From Cytophagaceae bacterium (GTDB lineage Bacteria; Bacteroidota; Bacteroidia; Cytophagales; Spirosomataceae), in NCBI GenBank assembly GCA_026785975.1, contig JAJAZB010000078.1, positions 1-52,829 of the forward strand: DNA of 52,829 bases, read 5' to 3'. Both the position numbers and the translations under genes were made by a program. Shown here piece by piece: positions 28,121-38,211 of the stretch; the stretch's first letter is position 1, and every line of letters starts with the position of its first letter. The notes under the pieces are model-generated. The model was not told the DNA's origin. It ran no database searches and saw nothing but the letters and a program-made list of their open reading frames with translations.

Positions 28121-28184
28121 TTTGTCACCCTGAGCTTGTCGAAGGGCGGTTAGTGAGGCCCTTCGACAAGCTCAGGGTGACAAA
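28121..28184. repeat. REP-like perfect palindrome
   Basis: TTTGTCACCCTGAGCTTGTCGAAGGGC (28121-28147) is a perfect reverse complement of 28158-28184. The loop is 10 nt. Confidence 0.9.
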
Positions 28185-28244
28185 AGCGTGTTTTATTATC
28201 GGCAAAATTAAATTTCGGGTAAATTACTTAAACCCATCAACTCC

Positions 28245-29528
28245 ATGAAAAAACAGTACGCTTTTCTCATCAGCCTGCTTTGCCTCGCCACGTTTGCACA
28301 GGCCCAAAACACAATCCTGCACTGCGGCACACTCATCGACGGGATTGGCAATGAAGCCCGGCGCGAAATGACGATCGTCGTCAGTAAAAACCGAATTACC
28401 GGCGTAGAAAAAGGTTACCGAACGCCGGGTGCCGGCGACCGCGTGATTGATTTAAAGAGCAAAACCGTCATGCCCGGCCTGATCGATTGCCACGTTCACC
28501 TCGAGCAGGAATCCCGGCGCGGCGCGGCCATCGACCGCTTCCAACTCAACCCCGCCGACGTCGCGTACATGGCAGCCGGATACGCCAAAACCACCTTGAT
28601 GGCCGGGTTTACGACCGTCCGGGATTTGGGCGGCAGCGGCGTCAACATCGCCCTGCGCAATGCCATCAACCGGGGCATGGCCGTGGGGCCGCGCATTTTT
28701 ACCTGCGGAAAATCGATCGCCACGACGGGTGGCCACGCCGACCCCACCAACGGCTTTCGCCACGACATCGCCGGGGATCCGGGCCCGTACGAAGGCGTCG
28801 TCAACAGCGTCGAGGATGCCCGTAAGGCCGTCCGTCAACGGTACAAAGAAGGGGCCGACATGATAAAAATCACGGCCACGGGCGGGGTGCTCAGTTTGGC
28901 CGTGAACGGGCTGAACCCGCAGTTTTCCGAAGAAGAAATTCGCGCTATCGTGGAAACGGCCAAAGACTACGGCTTTCCGGTAGCCGCCCACGCCCACGGT
29001 GCCGAGGGCATGAAACGGGCCATCCGGGCGGGCGTGACGAGTATCGAACACGGCACGTACATGGACGACGAGGCCATTGAGTTGTTCAAAAAAATGGGCA
29101 CGTACTACGTCCCGACCATTATCGCGGGCAAAAGCGTGGCCGATTCCGCCCGGATATTTGGCTACTACCAGCCCGTGGTCGTGCCCAAGGCGCTGGCCGT
29201 CGGGCCGGTGATTCAGGGTACGTTTGGGAAAGCGTACAAGGCGGGCGTGAAAATCGCGTTTGGTACCGACGCGGGCGTGTTTACCCACGGGCAAAACGCG
29301 AAAGAATTTCAGTACATGACCGAAGTGGGAATGCCGCCAATGGCCGCCATCCAGTCGGCCACGCGGGTCGCCGCCGAACTCGTCGGCATGAAAGATCAAC
29401 TGGGCACGGTAGAAACGGGCAAACTGGCCGACCTCGTCGCGACGGGAGAGAATCCGCTGCAAAACATCAAAACGTTGATGCAGGTGAGGTTTGTAATGAA
29501 AGACGGGGTCGTTTACAAAAACGAGTAG
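28245..29528 (+). CDS. Secreted metal-dependent amidohydrolase
   Basis: It has a signal peptide. Motifs are [17 protein letters not shown] and FGTDAG. Confidence 0.8.
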   Translation: MKKQYAFLISLLCLATFAQAQNTILHCGTLIDGIGNEARREMTIVVSKNRITGVEKGYRTPGAGDRVIDLKSKTVMPGLIDCHVHLEQESRRGAAIDRFQLNPADVAYMAAGYAKTTLMAGFTTVRDLGGSGVNIALRNAINRGMAVGPRIFTCGKSIATTGGHADPTNGFRHDIAGDPGPYEGVVNSVEDARKAVRQRYKEGADMIKITATGGVLSLAVNGLNPQFSEEEIRAIVETAKDYGFPVAAHAHGAEGMKRAIRAGVTSIEHGTYMDDEAIELFKKMGTYYVPTIIAGKSVADSARIFGYYQPVVVPKALAVGPVIQGTFGKAYKAGVKIAFGTDAGVFTHGQNAKEFQYMTEVGMPPMAAIQSATRVAAELVGMKDQLGTVETGKLADLVATGENPLQNIKTLMQVRFVMKDGVVYKNE

Positions 29529-29569
29529 CTTGTACCATCTTCGTTAACTTTAATAAAAATGCGCTGATT

Positions 29570-30133
29570 ATGCCAATCACCCTGCCTCAACCGCTCGCCG
29601 GTCGCTATTCAGTGGCCGATTTCGAGAATCTGCCGCCCGGCCCGCCGTACTACGAACTTATCAATGGAACGCCGACCATGTCGCCATCACCTATTTATTC
29701 GCATCAACGTCTTTCACGCGATTTGCTCATCAAGTTACATCTGTTTGTCATCGAACGTGACCTGGGAGAAGCCCTTTGCGCTCCGATGGACGTTGAATTC
29801 GACCCCGAAAATGTCTTTCAACCGGACATTTTTTTCATTGCCAATGCACAACGGCACATTATTCAGGAGGAGAAAAAAATAGTGGGATCCCCCGACCTGG
29901 TCATGGAGATTCTCTCGAAGAATAAAATTGATGATGTCGTAAAAAAGCGGTACTTCTATGAAATCTTCGGGGTAAAGGAGTTCTGGCTGATTGATTTGCA
30001 AAAGAAAACCATTGAAGTTCTTGAAAATCAGGACATGGAATTTATCCGATACAGTTACGCCAAACGTGAAGGAGAAGTTGAATCAAAGTTATTGCCGGGT
30101 TTCAAGGTGTCACTTCAAAGTCTCTTCAACTAA
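29570..30133 (+). CDS. Uma2 (DUF820) family endonuclease
   Basis: YELINGTPTMSPSP, PDIFFI, PDLVMEILS and GVKEFWLIDLQKKTIEV form the PD-(D/E)xK-like pattern of Uma2. Confidence 0.75.
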   Translation: MPITLPQPLAGRYSVADFENLPPGPPYYELINGTPTMSPSPIYSHQRLSRDLLIKLHLFVIERDLGEALCAPMDVEFDPENVFQPDIFFIANAQRHIIQEEKKIVGSPDLVMEILSKNKIDDVVKKRYFYEIFGVKEFWLIDLQKKTIEVLENQDMEFIRYSYAKREGEVESKLLPGFKVSLQSLFN

Positions 30134-30153
30134 AATTTCCGCATCCATCAACA

Positions 30154-30188
30154 AAACAGCCAGCCTCAAAACTTGAAGCTGGCTGTTT
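30154..30188. terminator. Bidirectional terminator
   Basis: AAACAGCCAGCCTCAA-AAC-TTGAAGCTGGCTGTTT with one mismatch, between convergent genes. Confidence 0.75.
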
Positions 30189-30220
30189 AAGTATCAATCA
30201 ATCAAACTCTCAAACACGTC

Positions 30221-32488
30221 TTAGGCACCTACACTCCGGCGGATGATGTTCAAGGCTCCACCGGCTTTAAACCACTCGATTTGCTGCTCGTTGTAGGTGT
30301 GGTTGGTCGCAAACGATTCGGAGGTACCGTCGGCGTGATGCAAAACGACGGTCAACGGAAACCCAGGTGCAAAGCTATTCAATCCAACGATATCAACGGT
30401 ATCATCTTCCAGGATTTTATCATAGTCCATTGGGTTTGCAAACGTTAAGGCTAACATTCCCTGCTTTTTCAGGTTGGTTTCGTGAATCCGGGCAAAGGAT
30501 TTCACCAGAATGGCCCGAACGCCCAGAAAACGCGGTTCCATGGCGGCGTGTTCCCGTGATGAGCCTTCACCGTAGTTTTCATCCCCCACAACCACCGAAC
30601 CAATCCCCGCCGCTTTGTACTGCCGCTGTACTTTCGGCACGGCTTCGTACACGCCGGTCAGTTGGTTTTTGACGCTATCCGACTTTTCGTTGTAGTAATT
30701 GATGGCGCCGATGAGCATATTGTTCGAAATATTATCGAGGTGCCCCCGGTACTTCAGCCAGGGCCCGGCCATCGAAATATGGTCGGTCGTACACTTGCCT
30801 TTGGCCTTGATGAGCAGTTTCAAACCCGTCAGATCAGTGCCCTCCCAGGGGGCAAACGGATCAAGCAGTTGAAGCCGGTCCGACGTTGGGCTGACCAACA
30901 CCTGTACCGACGAGGGATCCTCGGCGGGAGCCTGGTAGCCCGCATCTTCCACCGCAAACCCATTAACGGGCAACTCGATGCCGAGCGGTTCGTCCAATTT
31001 TACGGCATTCCCCTCCTCGTTGACGAGCGTATCGGTAAGCGGATTAAACGTCAAATCACCGGCGATGGCAAAGGCGGTAACCAATTCCGGCGAAGCCACA
31101 AACGCGTGCGTGTTGGGGTTACCGTCGTTGCGTTTGGCAAAATTCCGGTTGAAACTGGTGATGATGGAATTCTTCCGATTCGGATCGTCGGTGTGACGCG
31201 CCCATTGCCCGATGCACGGACCGCAGGCGTTGGCCAGCACGACGCCACCCATCGCATCGAAGGTCGCCAGCAGGCCGTCGCGTTCGGTGGTGTAGCGGAC
31301 CAGTTCAGAACCGGGCGTCACGGTGAATTCCGAGCGCACTTTCAGCTTTTTGTCAACCGCCTGTTTAGCAATGGACGCCGCCCGCGTCATGTCTTCGTAC
31401 GACGAGTTGGTGCAGGAGCCAATCAAGCCGACTTCCAGTTCGGCGGGCCAACCGTTTTCTCTCACGGCTTGCGCAAATTTGGAAATGGGCCAGGCCAGAT
31501 CGGGCGTAAATGGGCCGTTGACGTGCGGCTCCAGTTCAGAGAGGTTGATTTCAATCAACTCATCGAAGTAAGCACCCGGATTTTGATAGACTTCAATATC
31601 CGAACGTAAATGCTCGCGTACCCCATCGGCTAAATCGGCTACGTCTCCCCGCTCAGTCGACCGCAGGTAAGCGGCCATTTTTTCATCGTACGCAAAAATC
31701 GACGTTGTCGCCCCAATTTCGGCACCCATGTTGCAAATCGTGGCCTTGCCCGTGGCCGAAAGACTATCGGCTCCGTCCCCGAAATACTCAACGATGGCCC
31801 CGGTTCCGCCCTTCACGGTGGTAATCCCCGCCACTTTCAGAATTACGTCTTTCGGTGCGGTCCAACCGCTGAGTTTGCCCGTCAGGTGTACCCCGATTAG
31901 TTTTGGCATCTTCAATTCCCAGGGCAGCCCCGCCATTACGTCGCAGGCGTCGGCCCCGCCCACGCCAATCGCCACCATGCCCAAACCACCCGCGTTGGGC
32001 GTGTGGGAGTCGGTGCCGATCATCATGCCGCCCGGAAAGGCGTAGTTTTCCAGCACGACCTGGTGAATAATTCCCGCGCCCGGTTTCCAGAATCCAATGC
32101 CGTATTTATTGGAAACCGAAGCCAGGAATTCAAACACTTCGCGGCTGGTGTTGATGGCGTTTTGCAAATCTTCCTTAGCTCCCACCTTGGCCTGAATCAG
32201 GTGATCGCAGTGTACCGTTGACGGTACGGCCACCTGCGGGCGACCCGCCTGCATGAACTGCAACAGCGCCATTTGCGCCGTGGCGTCCTGCATGGCAACA
32301 CGGTCGGGGGCAAAATCCACGTAGGTTTTTCCGCGCTCAAAAGCCTGCGTGGGGTTGCCCTGCGTCAGGTGCGCGTAGAGTATTTTCTCGGAGAGCGTCA
32401 GTGGACGTCCCAGCGCCTGTCGGGCGGCTGCAGCCCGTTCGGGCAGGCGGGCGTACACGGTCTTGATCATTTCTATGTCGAATGCCAT
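30221..32488 (-). CDS. acn: Aconitate hydratase (755-aa mitochondrial-like form)
   Basis: Fe-S ligand contexts are [22 protein letters not shown] and [10 protein letters not shown]. The swivel domain contains [12 protein letters not shown]. Confidence 0.92.
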   Translation of the reverse strand: MAFDIEMIKTVYARLPERAAAARQALGRPLTLSEKILYAHLTQGNPTQAFERGKTYVDFAPDRVAMQDATAQMALLQFMQAGRPQVAVPSTVHCDHLIQAKVGAKEDLQNAINTSREVFEFLASVSNKYGIGFWKPGAGIIHQVVLENYAFPGGMMIGTDSHTPNAGGLGMVAIGVGGADACDVMAGLPWELKMPKLIGVHLTGKLSGWTAPKDVILKVAGITTVKGGTGAIVEYFGDGADSLSATGKATICNMGAEIGATTSIFAYDEKMAAYLRSTERGDVADLADGVREHLRSDIEVYQNPGAYFDELIEINLSELEPHVNGPFTPDLAWPISKFAQAVRENGWPAELEVGLIGSCTNSSYEDMTRAASIAKQAVDKKLKVRSEFTVTPGSELVRYTTERDGLLATFDAMGGVVLANACGPCIGQWARHTDDPNRKNSIITSFNRNFAKRNDGNPNTHAFVASPELVTAFAIAGDLTFNPLTDTLVNEEGNAVKLDEPLGIELPVNGFAVEDAGYQAPAEDPSSVQVLVSPTSDRLQLLDPFAPWEGTDLTGLKLLIKAKGKCTTDHISMAGPWLKYRGHLDNISNNMLIGAINYYNEKSDSVKNQLTGVYEAVPKVQRQYKAAGIGSVVVGDENYGEGSSREHAAMEPRFLGVRAILVKSFARIHETNLKKQGMLALTFANPMDYDKILEDDTVDIVGLNSFAPGFPLTVVLHHADGTSESFATNHTYNEQQIEWFKAGGALNIIRRSVGA

Positions 32489-32820
32489 AGTCGGGTTACG
32501 AGTAAGTAGGTTAAAAAGATTGGCGGCTAAAAGTACAAAAACTATGCAATACGCGGGGCGTCGGTCTGAAATTGCGCCGAAAAATTACCCGCCCAATCGG
32601 TTTCGACCCGGAACCTCAACGTACCAAAACGTGTTGTTTGAAGACTGAATGAATATTTTTTACAGGGGCTATCCGCCTTTTCGTCAACGAATTACGTAGC
32701 TATCCTGACCAGCCCGATTCTAAGCGTTTAGAAGCGCTTTTGGCTTTTATCTAAAATTCCAACCTATTTTTGGCGCAAACCGTTTCCCATCCCAATGGGT
32801 TTTCACGGTACATAAACTTT

Positions 32821-35304
32821 ATGGCAAAGAAAAATTTAGTCATTGTTGAATCCCCGGCCAAGGCCAAAACGATTGAGGGCTACCTGGGCGCCGATTTCGT
32901 GGTGAGGTCGAGCTTTGGGCACGTTCGCGACCTGCCCAAGGAAGACAAAGCAATCGATATAAAAAATGGCTACCAGCCGGTTTACGAAATCTCCCCCGAT
33001 AAAGTAAAAGTAATCAACGAACTGAGGCAGATGGTTAAAGCCTCGGACGAAGTTTGGCTTGCCACGGACGACGACCGCGAAGGGGAAGCCATTTCCTGGC
33101 ACCTCAAAGAAGCCCTCAACCTGCCCGATGCCACCAAGCGCATCGTGTTTCGGGAAATTACCAAAAATGCCATCCTCAACGCCATCAAAAACCCGCGCAC
33201 CATCGACCAGGATCTGGTCAATGCGCAGCAGGCCCGTCGGGTACTCGACCGGTTGGTGGGTTTTGAACTCTCGCCGGTGCTCTGGGGAAAAATCGACAAA
33301 GGACTCTCGGCGGGCCGTGTGCAGTCGGTAGCCGTTCGGGTGGTGGTGGAGCGCGAGCGCGAAATCAGTGCCCACGAAAGCAAGTCCTCGTTTAAGATTG
33401 TGGCCAATTTCCTGCTCGACGGTGGCAAAACGCTCACGGCGGAATTACCCAAAAATTTCGAGAATGAGGCCCAGGCCCGCGAATTTCTGGAACGATGCAA
33501 GGGTGCTAAATTTTCGATCAAAAACCTCGAAATCAAGCCCGCCAAGAAAACTCCCGCCCCGCCGTTTACAACCTCCACGCTGCAACAGGAAGCCTCCCGG
33601 AAATTGAGTTTTTCGGTCGCCCAGACCATGAGCGTCGCCCAACGGTTGTACGAGTCCGGGAAGATCAGCTATATGCGGACGGATTCGACCAACCTTTCGG
33701 AAGATGCCATTGAAAAGGCCAAAACCTCCATCATTGGCGAATACGGCGAGAAATACAGCTTCGTCCGACGCTTCAAGACCAAGAACGATTCGGCGCAGGA
33801 AGCCCACGAAGCCATTCGCCCGACCGATTTCGGGGCGCAACGCATCAGCGGCGAACGCAATGAACAGCGGCTGTACGAACTCATCTGGAAGCGGGCCATC
33901 GCGTCGCAAATGGCCGATGCGCAACTCGAACGCACCACGGCGACCATCGGCATCAGCACCGTGCCGCAGGAACTCATCGCCCAGGGCGAAGTCATCAAGT
34001 TTGACGGCTTTCTGAAAGTGTACCTCGAATCGAGCGACGAGGAAGACGAAGAAAATAAGGGGATGCTTCCACCGCTGAACATCGGGCAGATTCTGAACCT
34101 CGATTTGATGAAAGCCACGGAGCGTTTCAGTCGCCCGGCGCCCCGCTACACCGAAGCCAGTTTGGTGAAAAAACTGGAAGAACTGGGCATCGGGCGTCCT
34201 TCGACGTACGCGCCCACCATTTCAACCATCATCAAACGGGAGTACGTGGTGAAGGAAGATCGGCCGGGTCGGGAGCGGAAATTCAAGGAACTGACCCTGA
34301 AAAACGACCAACTCAGCGAAAAAACAGGCACTGAAAACTTTGGGGCGGAAAAGGCCAAACTTTTCCCGACCAATACGGGAATGGTGGTTAACGACTTCCT
34401 GGTCAAGAACTTTCCGACGGTGGTTGACTTTTCATTCACCGCTAACGTGGAGTTGGAGTTCGATGAAATTGCCGAAGGCCGCATCAAATGGCAGGACATG
34501 ATCGACAATTTTTACAAACCTTTCCACAAAACCATCGAAACCACGATGGGCCAGGAGCGGAGTTCCTCGGCGCGGGAATTGGGCGTCGATCCCAAGTCGG
34601 GGAAAAACGTGTACGTGCGGAAGGGCAAGTTCGGGTTCTTCGCCCAAATTGGCGAAGCCGCTACCGAAACCGAAAAGCCGCTGTACGCCACGCTGAAAAA
34701 AGACCAGCTAATTGATAATATCACGTTGCAGGAAGCCCTCGATTTGTTCAAACTTCCCCGTGAAGTCGGTTTTTTTGAAGATAAACCTATCCTCATCGGC
34801 ATCGGACGGTTGGGTCCCTACGCCAAGCACGACGATAAATTTGTTTCGCTAAATCCCGAGGATGACCCGTTGACCATCGATGAAGCCCGCGCCATCCAGT
34901 TGATTCAGGAAAAACGCGTGAATGATGCTGGGGAAGCGATTGGTTCATTTGAAGACGAACTCATCACAACCGGGAAGGGGAAATTCGGGCCGTACGTCAA
35001 GCACTTGGGCAAGTATTATTCCTTACCCAAAGGGCTGTACCTCAAGGATGTAACCTCGGAGAAAGCCATCGAAGTCATTTTGGCCAAGCGCCACGCCGAA
35101 GCCAATAAATACCTGAAAGAGTTTCCCGAAAATCCCCAGGTCAAGGTATTAAACGGAGTGTACGGCCCGTACATCGCCGTGGGCAAACGCAACATAAAAA
35201 TCCCAAAGGATCGCGACCCGCAAACGCTGACGCTTGAGGATTGCCTCACCCTCGCGGGCGATGCTCCTGAAAAAACACCGGCAGGCAAAGGGAAAAAGAA
35301 GTAA
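32821..35304 (+). CDS. topA: DNA topoisomerase I
   Basis: Trimmed to the ATG at 32821 (MAKKNLVIVESPAKAKTIEGYLG). It has the TOPRIM motif DDDREGE and the active-site context SYMRTDS. Confidence 0.92.
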   Translation: MAKKNLVIVESPAKAKTIEGYLGADFVVRSSFGHVRDLPKEDKAIDIKNGYQPVYEISPDKVKVINELRQMVKASDEVWLATDDDREGEAISWHLKEALNLPDATKRIVFREITKNAILNAIKNPRTIDQDLVNAQQARRVLDRLVGFELSPVLWGKIDKGLSAGRVQSVAVRVVVEREREISAHESKSSFKIVANFLLDGGKTLTAELPKNFENEAQAREFLERCKGAKFSIKNLEIKPAKKTPAPPFTTSTLQQEASRKLSFSVAQTMSVAQRLYESGKISYMRTDSTNLSEDAIEKAKTSIIGEYGEKYSFVRRFKTKNDSAQEAHEAIRPTDFGAQRISGERNEQRLYELIWKRAIASQMADAQLERTTATIGISTVPQELIAQGEVIKFDGFLKVYLESSDEEDEENKGMLPPLNIGQILNLDLMKATERFSRPAPRYTEASLVKKLEELGIGRPSTYAPTISTIIKREYVVKEDRPGRERKFKELTLKNDQLSEKTGTENFGAEKAKLFPTNTGMVVNDFLVKNFPTVVDFSFTANVELEFDEIAEGRIKWQDMIDNFYKPFHKTIETTMGQERSSSARELGVDPKSGKNVYVRKGKFGFFAQIGEAATETEKPLYATLKKDQLIDNITLQEALDLFKLPREVGFFEDKPILIGIGRLGPYAKHDDKFVSLNPEDDPLTIDEARAIQLIQEKRVNDAGEAIGSFEDELITTGKGKFGPYVKHLGKYYSLPKGLYLKDVTSEKAIEVILAKRHAEANKYLKEFPENPQVKVLNGVYGPYIAVGKRNIKIPKDRDPQTLTLEDCLTLAGDAPEKTPAGKGKKK

Positions 35305-35310
35305 TTGAAG

Positions 35311-35615
35311 GAGTGGCAAGTGGGTGAGTGGTTAGTGGCAAGTTGAGTAAGAAATAGAAGTGACAAGTGATGGAGTGGTCAGTGGCAAGTTGAATAAGAA
35401 ATAGATTAACCGTGTGATTTGGCAATCAGTACTTTACTGGTTACTTGTATTGGTTCACGAGGTTGTACCCGAAACTTTGCCAAAGTTTTAGAACCGGGGC
35501 GCGTAGCCTTTGGCAAAGTTGGCGCAATCTAACCAGTGTATACCTCGTGAACCAATACAGTTACTGACTACTCTATCACTTGTCACTTTCTCGCAATCAC
35601 TTGCCACTTTCTCGT
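35311..35615. repeat. Composite nested palindrome of about 305 bp after topA
   Basis: A 47-bp tandem x2 (35311-35357 and 35358-35404, 40/47 identical) has inverted partners at 35563-35615 (26 nt with 2 mismatches to unit 2). These flank the core palindrome at 35447-35558. Confidence 0.8.
35447..35558. repeat. Dispersed palindromic element (MITE/REP-like), full copy
   Basis: Outer arms of 17 bp are perfect (GTATTGGTTCACGAGGT / ACCTCGTGAACCAATAC). Inner arms are AACTTTGCCAAAG / CTTTGGCAAAGTT. The left half recurs at 52771-52829. Confidence 0.85.
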
Positions 35616-35634
35616 CCTGTGGATTATTTTTTTG

Positions 35635-35668
35635 AACACATTCCTTATCTTCGGGAATGTGTTTTTTT
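35635..35668 (+). terminator. Hairpin plus T7 abutting the next ATG
   Basis: AACACATTCC-TTATCTTCG-GGAATGTGTT followed by TTTTT, then the ATG at 35669. Confidence 0.65.
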
Positions 35669-36346
35669 ATGAAACGGAGTGTCCTGTTGGTTTTTGCCGT
35701 TCTTTTTTCGCAGTCCATTTTTGCCCAGCGCGAAGGGCTGATTATTGGTCAGAGTTGCAATATTTACTTTCAACGCTTTGGGAATGGACGTCCCATTCTG
35801 GTCGTGGGTGACCCCGCTCTGCCCTTCCGGGGTTGTGAAAATGTGGCCCAGAAACTGAGCAAGCGGAACCAGGTTATCCTGTACGATCCTCGGGGTACCG
35901 GGCGCACCAAACTGCCCCGAGTCGATACCTCGACAGTCAATTATCCGCGAACCGCCGAGGACATCGAGAGCATCCGCCAGGTACTGCGGCTACCCCGCCT
36001 GATTCTGCTGGCTACTCCGGGTGGGCGGGGCGTCGTGGAGAATTATATGCGGAAATTTCCCGAAAAAATAGATGGATTCATCTGGCTGACGGGCGAATCC
36101 TGGGCACCCACCACCTTTGTTCGTACCCCAAAACTGGATAGTCTGCTGGCCTTCAGCGCGATTCCGAATGCCGTAAAGCCAGCGTCCAGCAAACCGGCCT
36201 TGCGGGTCGACTGGACGGATACCGAAGCCTTTTACACGACCGTCGATCAATTCATTCGTCGAAACCGACTTGATTATGTCGCCCCCGAACCGAAAAAAGC
36301 TCGTCGTCCTAACGGGCGCGGGAATATCCGCCGAAAGCGGGCTTAA
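35669..36346 (+). CDS. Degenerate alpha/beta-hydrolase-like secreted protein (possibly decaying)
   Basis: It has a signal peptide and the oxyanion-type motif YDPRGTGRT. The nucleophile elbow reads LATPGGRG, with no Ser. The ORF is short and its last 71 nt overlap cobB. Confidence 0.4.
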   Translation: MKRSVLLVFAVLFSQSIFAQREGLIIGQSCNIYFQRFGNGRPILVVGDPALPFRGCENVAQKLSKRNQVILYDPRGTGRTKLPRVDTSTVNYPRTAEDIESIRQVLRLPRLILLATPGGRGVVENYMRKFPEKIDGFIWLTGESWAPTTFVRTPKLDSLLAFSAIPNAVKPASSKPALRVDWTDTEAFYTTVDQFIRRNRLDYVAPEPKKARRPNGRGNIRRKRA

Positions 36347-36974
36347 AACCTTCCGCGATTCCGATGGCCTTTGGGAAGGCCACGCCATCGAGGATGTTGC
36401 CACGCCCAGGGCCTGGGCCAAAAATCAGGCCCTGGTGCTTGATTTTTACAACCAACGACGCAAGCAGGGACTATCCGCTCAGCCCAACGCGGCCCACCGA
36501 ATTCTGGCCGAGTTGGAAGCCGATTTTGACGTTCATGTTATTACGCAAAACGTGGATAATCTGCACGAAAAGGCGGGTTCAACGAAAGTTTTGCACCTGC
36601 ACGGCGAACTGTTTAAAGCCCGCTCAACCAAAGACCCGGCTCTGGTGTACGACCTCGACGGTTGGGAACTCAACCTCGGCGATACCTGCGAGTTGGGTAG
36701 TCAGTTGCGCCCGCACATCGTCTGGTTTTATGAAGCTGTACCCGCCATTGAGGAGGCCGCCCAAATCGCTTCGCTGGCCGATATTTTCGTAGTCGTGGGT
36801 ACTTCCCTCGTCGTCTACCCGGCAGCCGGGTTGGTAAACGATGTACCCGCTGGTGTTCCTGTTTTTGTTGTCGATCCCAATGCCCCCGCCGTTGCCCGTC
36901 GGCAGGTTCGGTACATTCAGGAAAAGGCGACGGTCGGCATGGAGGTGTTAAAAAAATACCTGTTTGACGTTTAG
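36276..36974 (+). CDS. cobB: NAD-dependent protein deacylase (Sir2 family)
   Basis: Sirtuin motifs are TGAGISAESGLKTFRDSDGLWE, ITQNVDNLHEKAG and LHG. The ATG is at 36276. Confidence 0.85.
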   Translation: MSPPNRKKLVVLTGAGISAESGLKTFRDSDGLWEGHAIEDVATPRAWAKNQALVLDFYNQRRKQGLSAQPNAAHRILAELEADFDVHVITQNVDNLHEKAGSTKVLHLHGELFKARSTKDPALVYDLDGWELNLGDTCELGSQLRPHIVWFYEAVPAIEEAAQIASLADIFVVVGTSLVVYPAAGLVNDVPAGVPVFVVDPNAPAVARRQVRYIQEKATVGMEVLKKYLFDV

Positions 36975-37019
36975 TTTTTAAATATAAAAACCTGAACAAC
37001 TGATGTTACGCAAACTTCA

Positions 37020-37240
37020 ATAGTCGGCCTACGAACGAAACAACTTCGTGAAACTCTGAGGGATACTCTGGTGCTTTTGGATTTGTATTTACCCGATCGC
37101 GAACAAGGATGGACGGTTTTGAAGTAATAAAATCGAATCAGCAACTGGAACAGATCCCCGTCATTATTCTGAGTGTATCCCAGGATGAAATTGCGCGGTG
37201 TGCGCTTACCTTTGCCCGAAACCTTCCCATTTCTTACTGA
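37020..37240 (+). pseudogene. Remnant of a CheY-like receiver domain (N-terminally truncated and frameshifted)
   Basis: Frame 0 reads ...LRETLRDTLVLLDLYLPDREQG. After a shift near 37100-37109, another frame reads [32 protein letters not shown]..., ending at the TGA that overlaps the folD ATG. Confidence 0.5.
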
Positions 37241-38112
37241 TGCAACTGCTCGACGGCAAAGTCGTTTCTGCCCATTTCAAACAGGAAATCGCGGCTGAAG
37301 TGGCCGCAATTCGAACGGCCAGTGGTAAGATTCCCCACCTGGTCGCCATTTTGGTGGGCAACGACGGGGCCTCCGAAACCTACGTGGCCAACAAGGTCCG
37401 CTCCTGCCAGGAACTCGGCTTTCAGTCCACCTTACTCCGGTTTGAACCGACCATCACCGAGTCCGAACTACTCGACGCCGTGCGCCGGGTGAACGAAAAT
37501 CCCGACATGGATGGGCTGATCGTGCAACTTCCCCTCCCTGGTCACATCAACCCGGACCGGGTCATGGAAACCATTGACCCCCGGAAAGACGTGGACGGTT
37601 TCCACCCCATCAACATTGGTCGCATGGCCAAAGGACTACCCGCCTACGTGTCGGCTACGCCCCAGGGTTGCCTGATGCTCCTCGAATATTACGGCATCGA
37701 AACCTCTGGAAAGCATTGCGTGGTGCTGGGCCGTAGCCAGATCGTGGGGCTTCCGATGACCATTCTGATGCAACGCAATACCTACCCCGGCAACTGCACC
37801 GTGACGGTTTGTCACTCGAAAACGAAGAATTTACCACAAATCACCCGGCAGGCCGACATCCTCGTGGCGGCACTGGGCCGACCCGGTTTTGTCACCGCCG
37901 ACATGGTCAAGGAAGGGGTGGTGGTGATCGACGTGGGTTTGGAGCGCGTACCCGACGCCAGCAAGAAAAGTGGGTTTGCGCTAAAAGGAGACGTACTTTT
38001 CGATGAAGTTGCGCCCAAGTGCAGTTTCATCACGCCCGTACCCGGCGGCGTGGGCCTGATGACCATTGTTTCCTTAATGAAAAACACCCTGCAAGCCGCA
38101 AGGGGAAAATAA
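37240..38112 (+). CDS. folD: Bifunctional methylenetetrahydrofolate dehydrogenase/cyclohydrolase
   Basis: Starts [18 protein letters not shown]. Motifs are [14 protein letters not shown] and [10 protein letters not shown]. The ATG is at 37240. Confidence 0.92.
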   Translation: MQLLDGKVVSAHFKQEIAAEVAAIRTASGKIPHLVAILVGNDGASETYVANKVRSCQELGFQSTLLRFEPTITESELLDAVRRVNENPDMDGLIVQLPLPGHINPDRVMETIDPRKDVDGFHPINIGRMAKGLPAYVSATPQGCLMLLEYYGIETSGKHCVVLGRSQIVGLPMTILMQRNTYPGNCTVTVCHSKTKNLPQITRQADILVAALGRPGFVTADMVKEGVVVIDVGLERVPDASKKSGFALKGDVLFDEVAPKCSFITPVPGGVGLMTIVSLMKNTLQAARGK

Positions 38113-38114
38113 TA

Positions 38115-38205
38115 CTGAATGCTGAATAAATTGAGCCAATCAAGTTACAATAATTCCCTGTTTAGCATCTTGCATTTCATTCAACATTCATAGAAGTTCA
38201 GCATT
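38115..38205. repeat. Weak word-palindrome between convergent folD and the ALDH gene
   Basis: CTGAATGCTGAATAA (38115-38129) faces TTCATTCAACATTCA...TTCAGCATT. Only a 9-bp perfect pairing exists (38118-38126 with 38197-38205). Confidence 0.4.
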
Positions 38206-38211
38206 AAAGAT

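Noticed and set aside
28452-29462. 336-aa ORF on the - strand
   Set aside because: It is antisense to the amidohydrolase and has Arg/Gly/His-rich shadow composition.
29570-30133. Uma2 endonuclease as part of a restriction or defence system
   Set aside because: It is a solitary gene with no methyltransferase, ATPase or toxin partner. Uma2 genes are commonly scattered singly.
30662-31609. 315-aa ORF on the + strand
   Set aside because: It is antisense to aconitase.
32770-32820. N-terminal extension of topA (and similar TTG/GTG-extended starts at 920, 3861, 9817, 19709, 36270, 37198, 39657, 39775, 42738, 44358, plus upstream-extended track starts at 20857, 41819, 42716, 46826, 47798 and 51883)
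   Set aside because: The extensions begin at non-ATG or upstream codons, add non-conserved residues, and several run through repeats, terminators or the neighbouring gene. The internal ATG giving the family-typical N-terminus was preferred.
35311-35615. Insertion sequence or transposon
   Set aside because: There is no transposase or any ORF inside. At most it is a non-autonomous (MITE/REP-like) element.
36276-36974. Sir2 gene as an anti-phage (Thoeris/DSR-like) effector
   Set aside because: It is a compact 232-aa sirtuin with the canonical deacylase motifs. It has no fused sensor domain, no ThsB/TIR or other partner, and sits in a housekeeping context.
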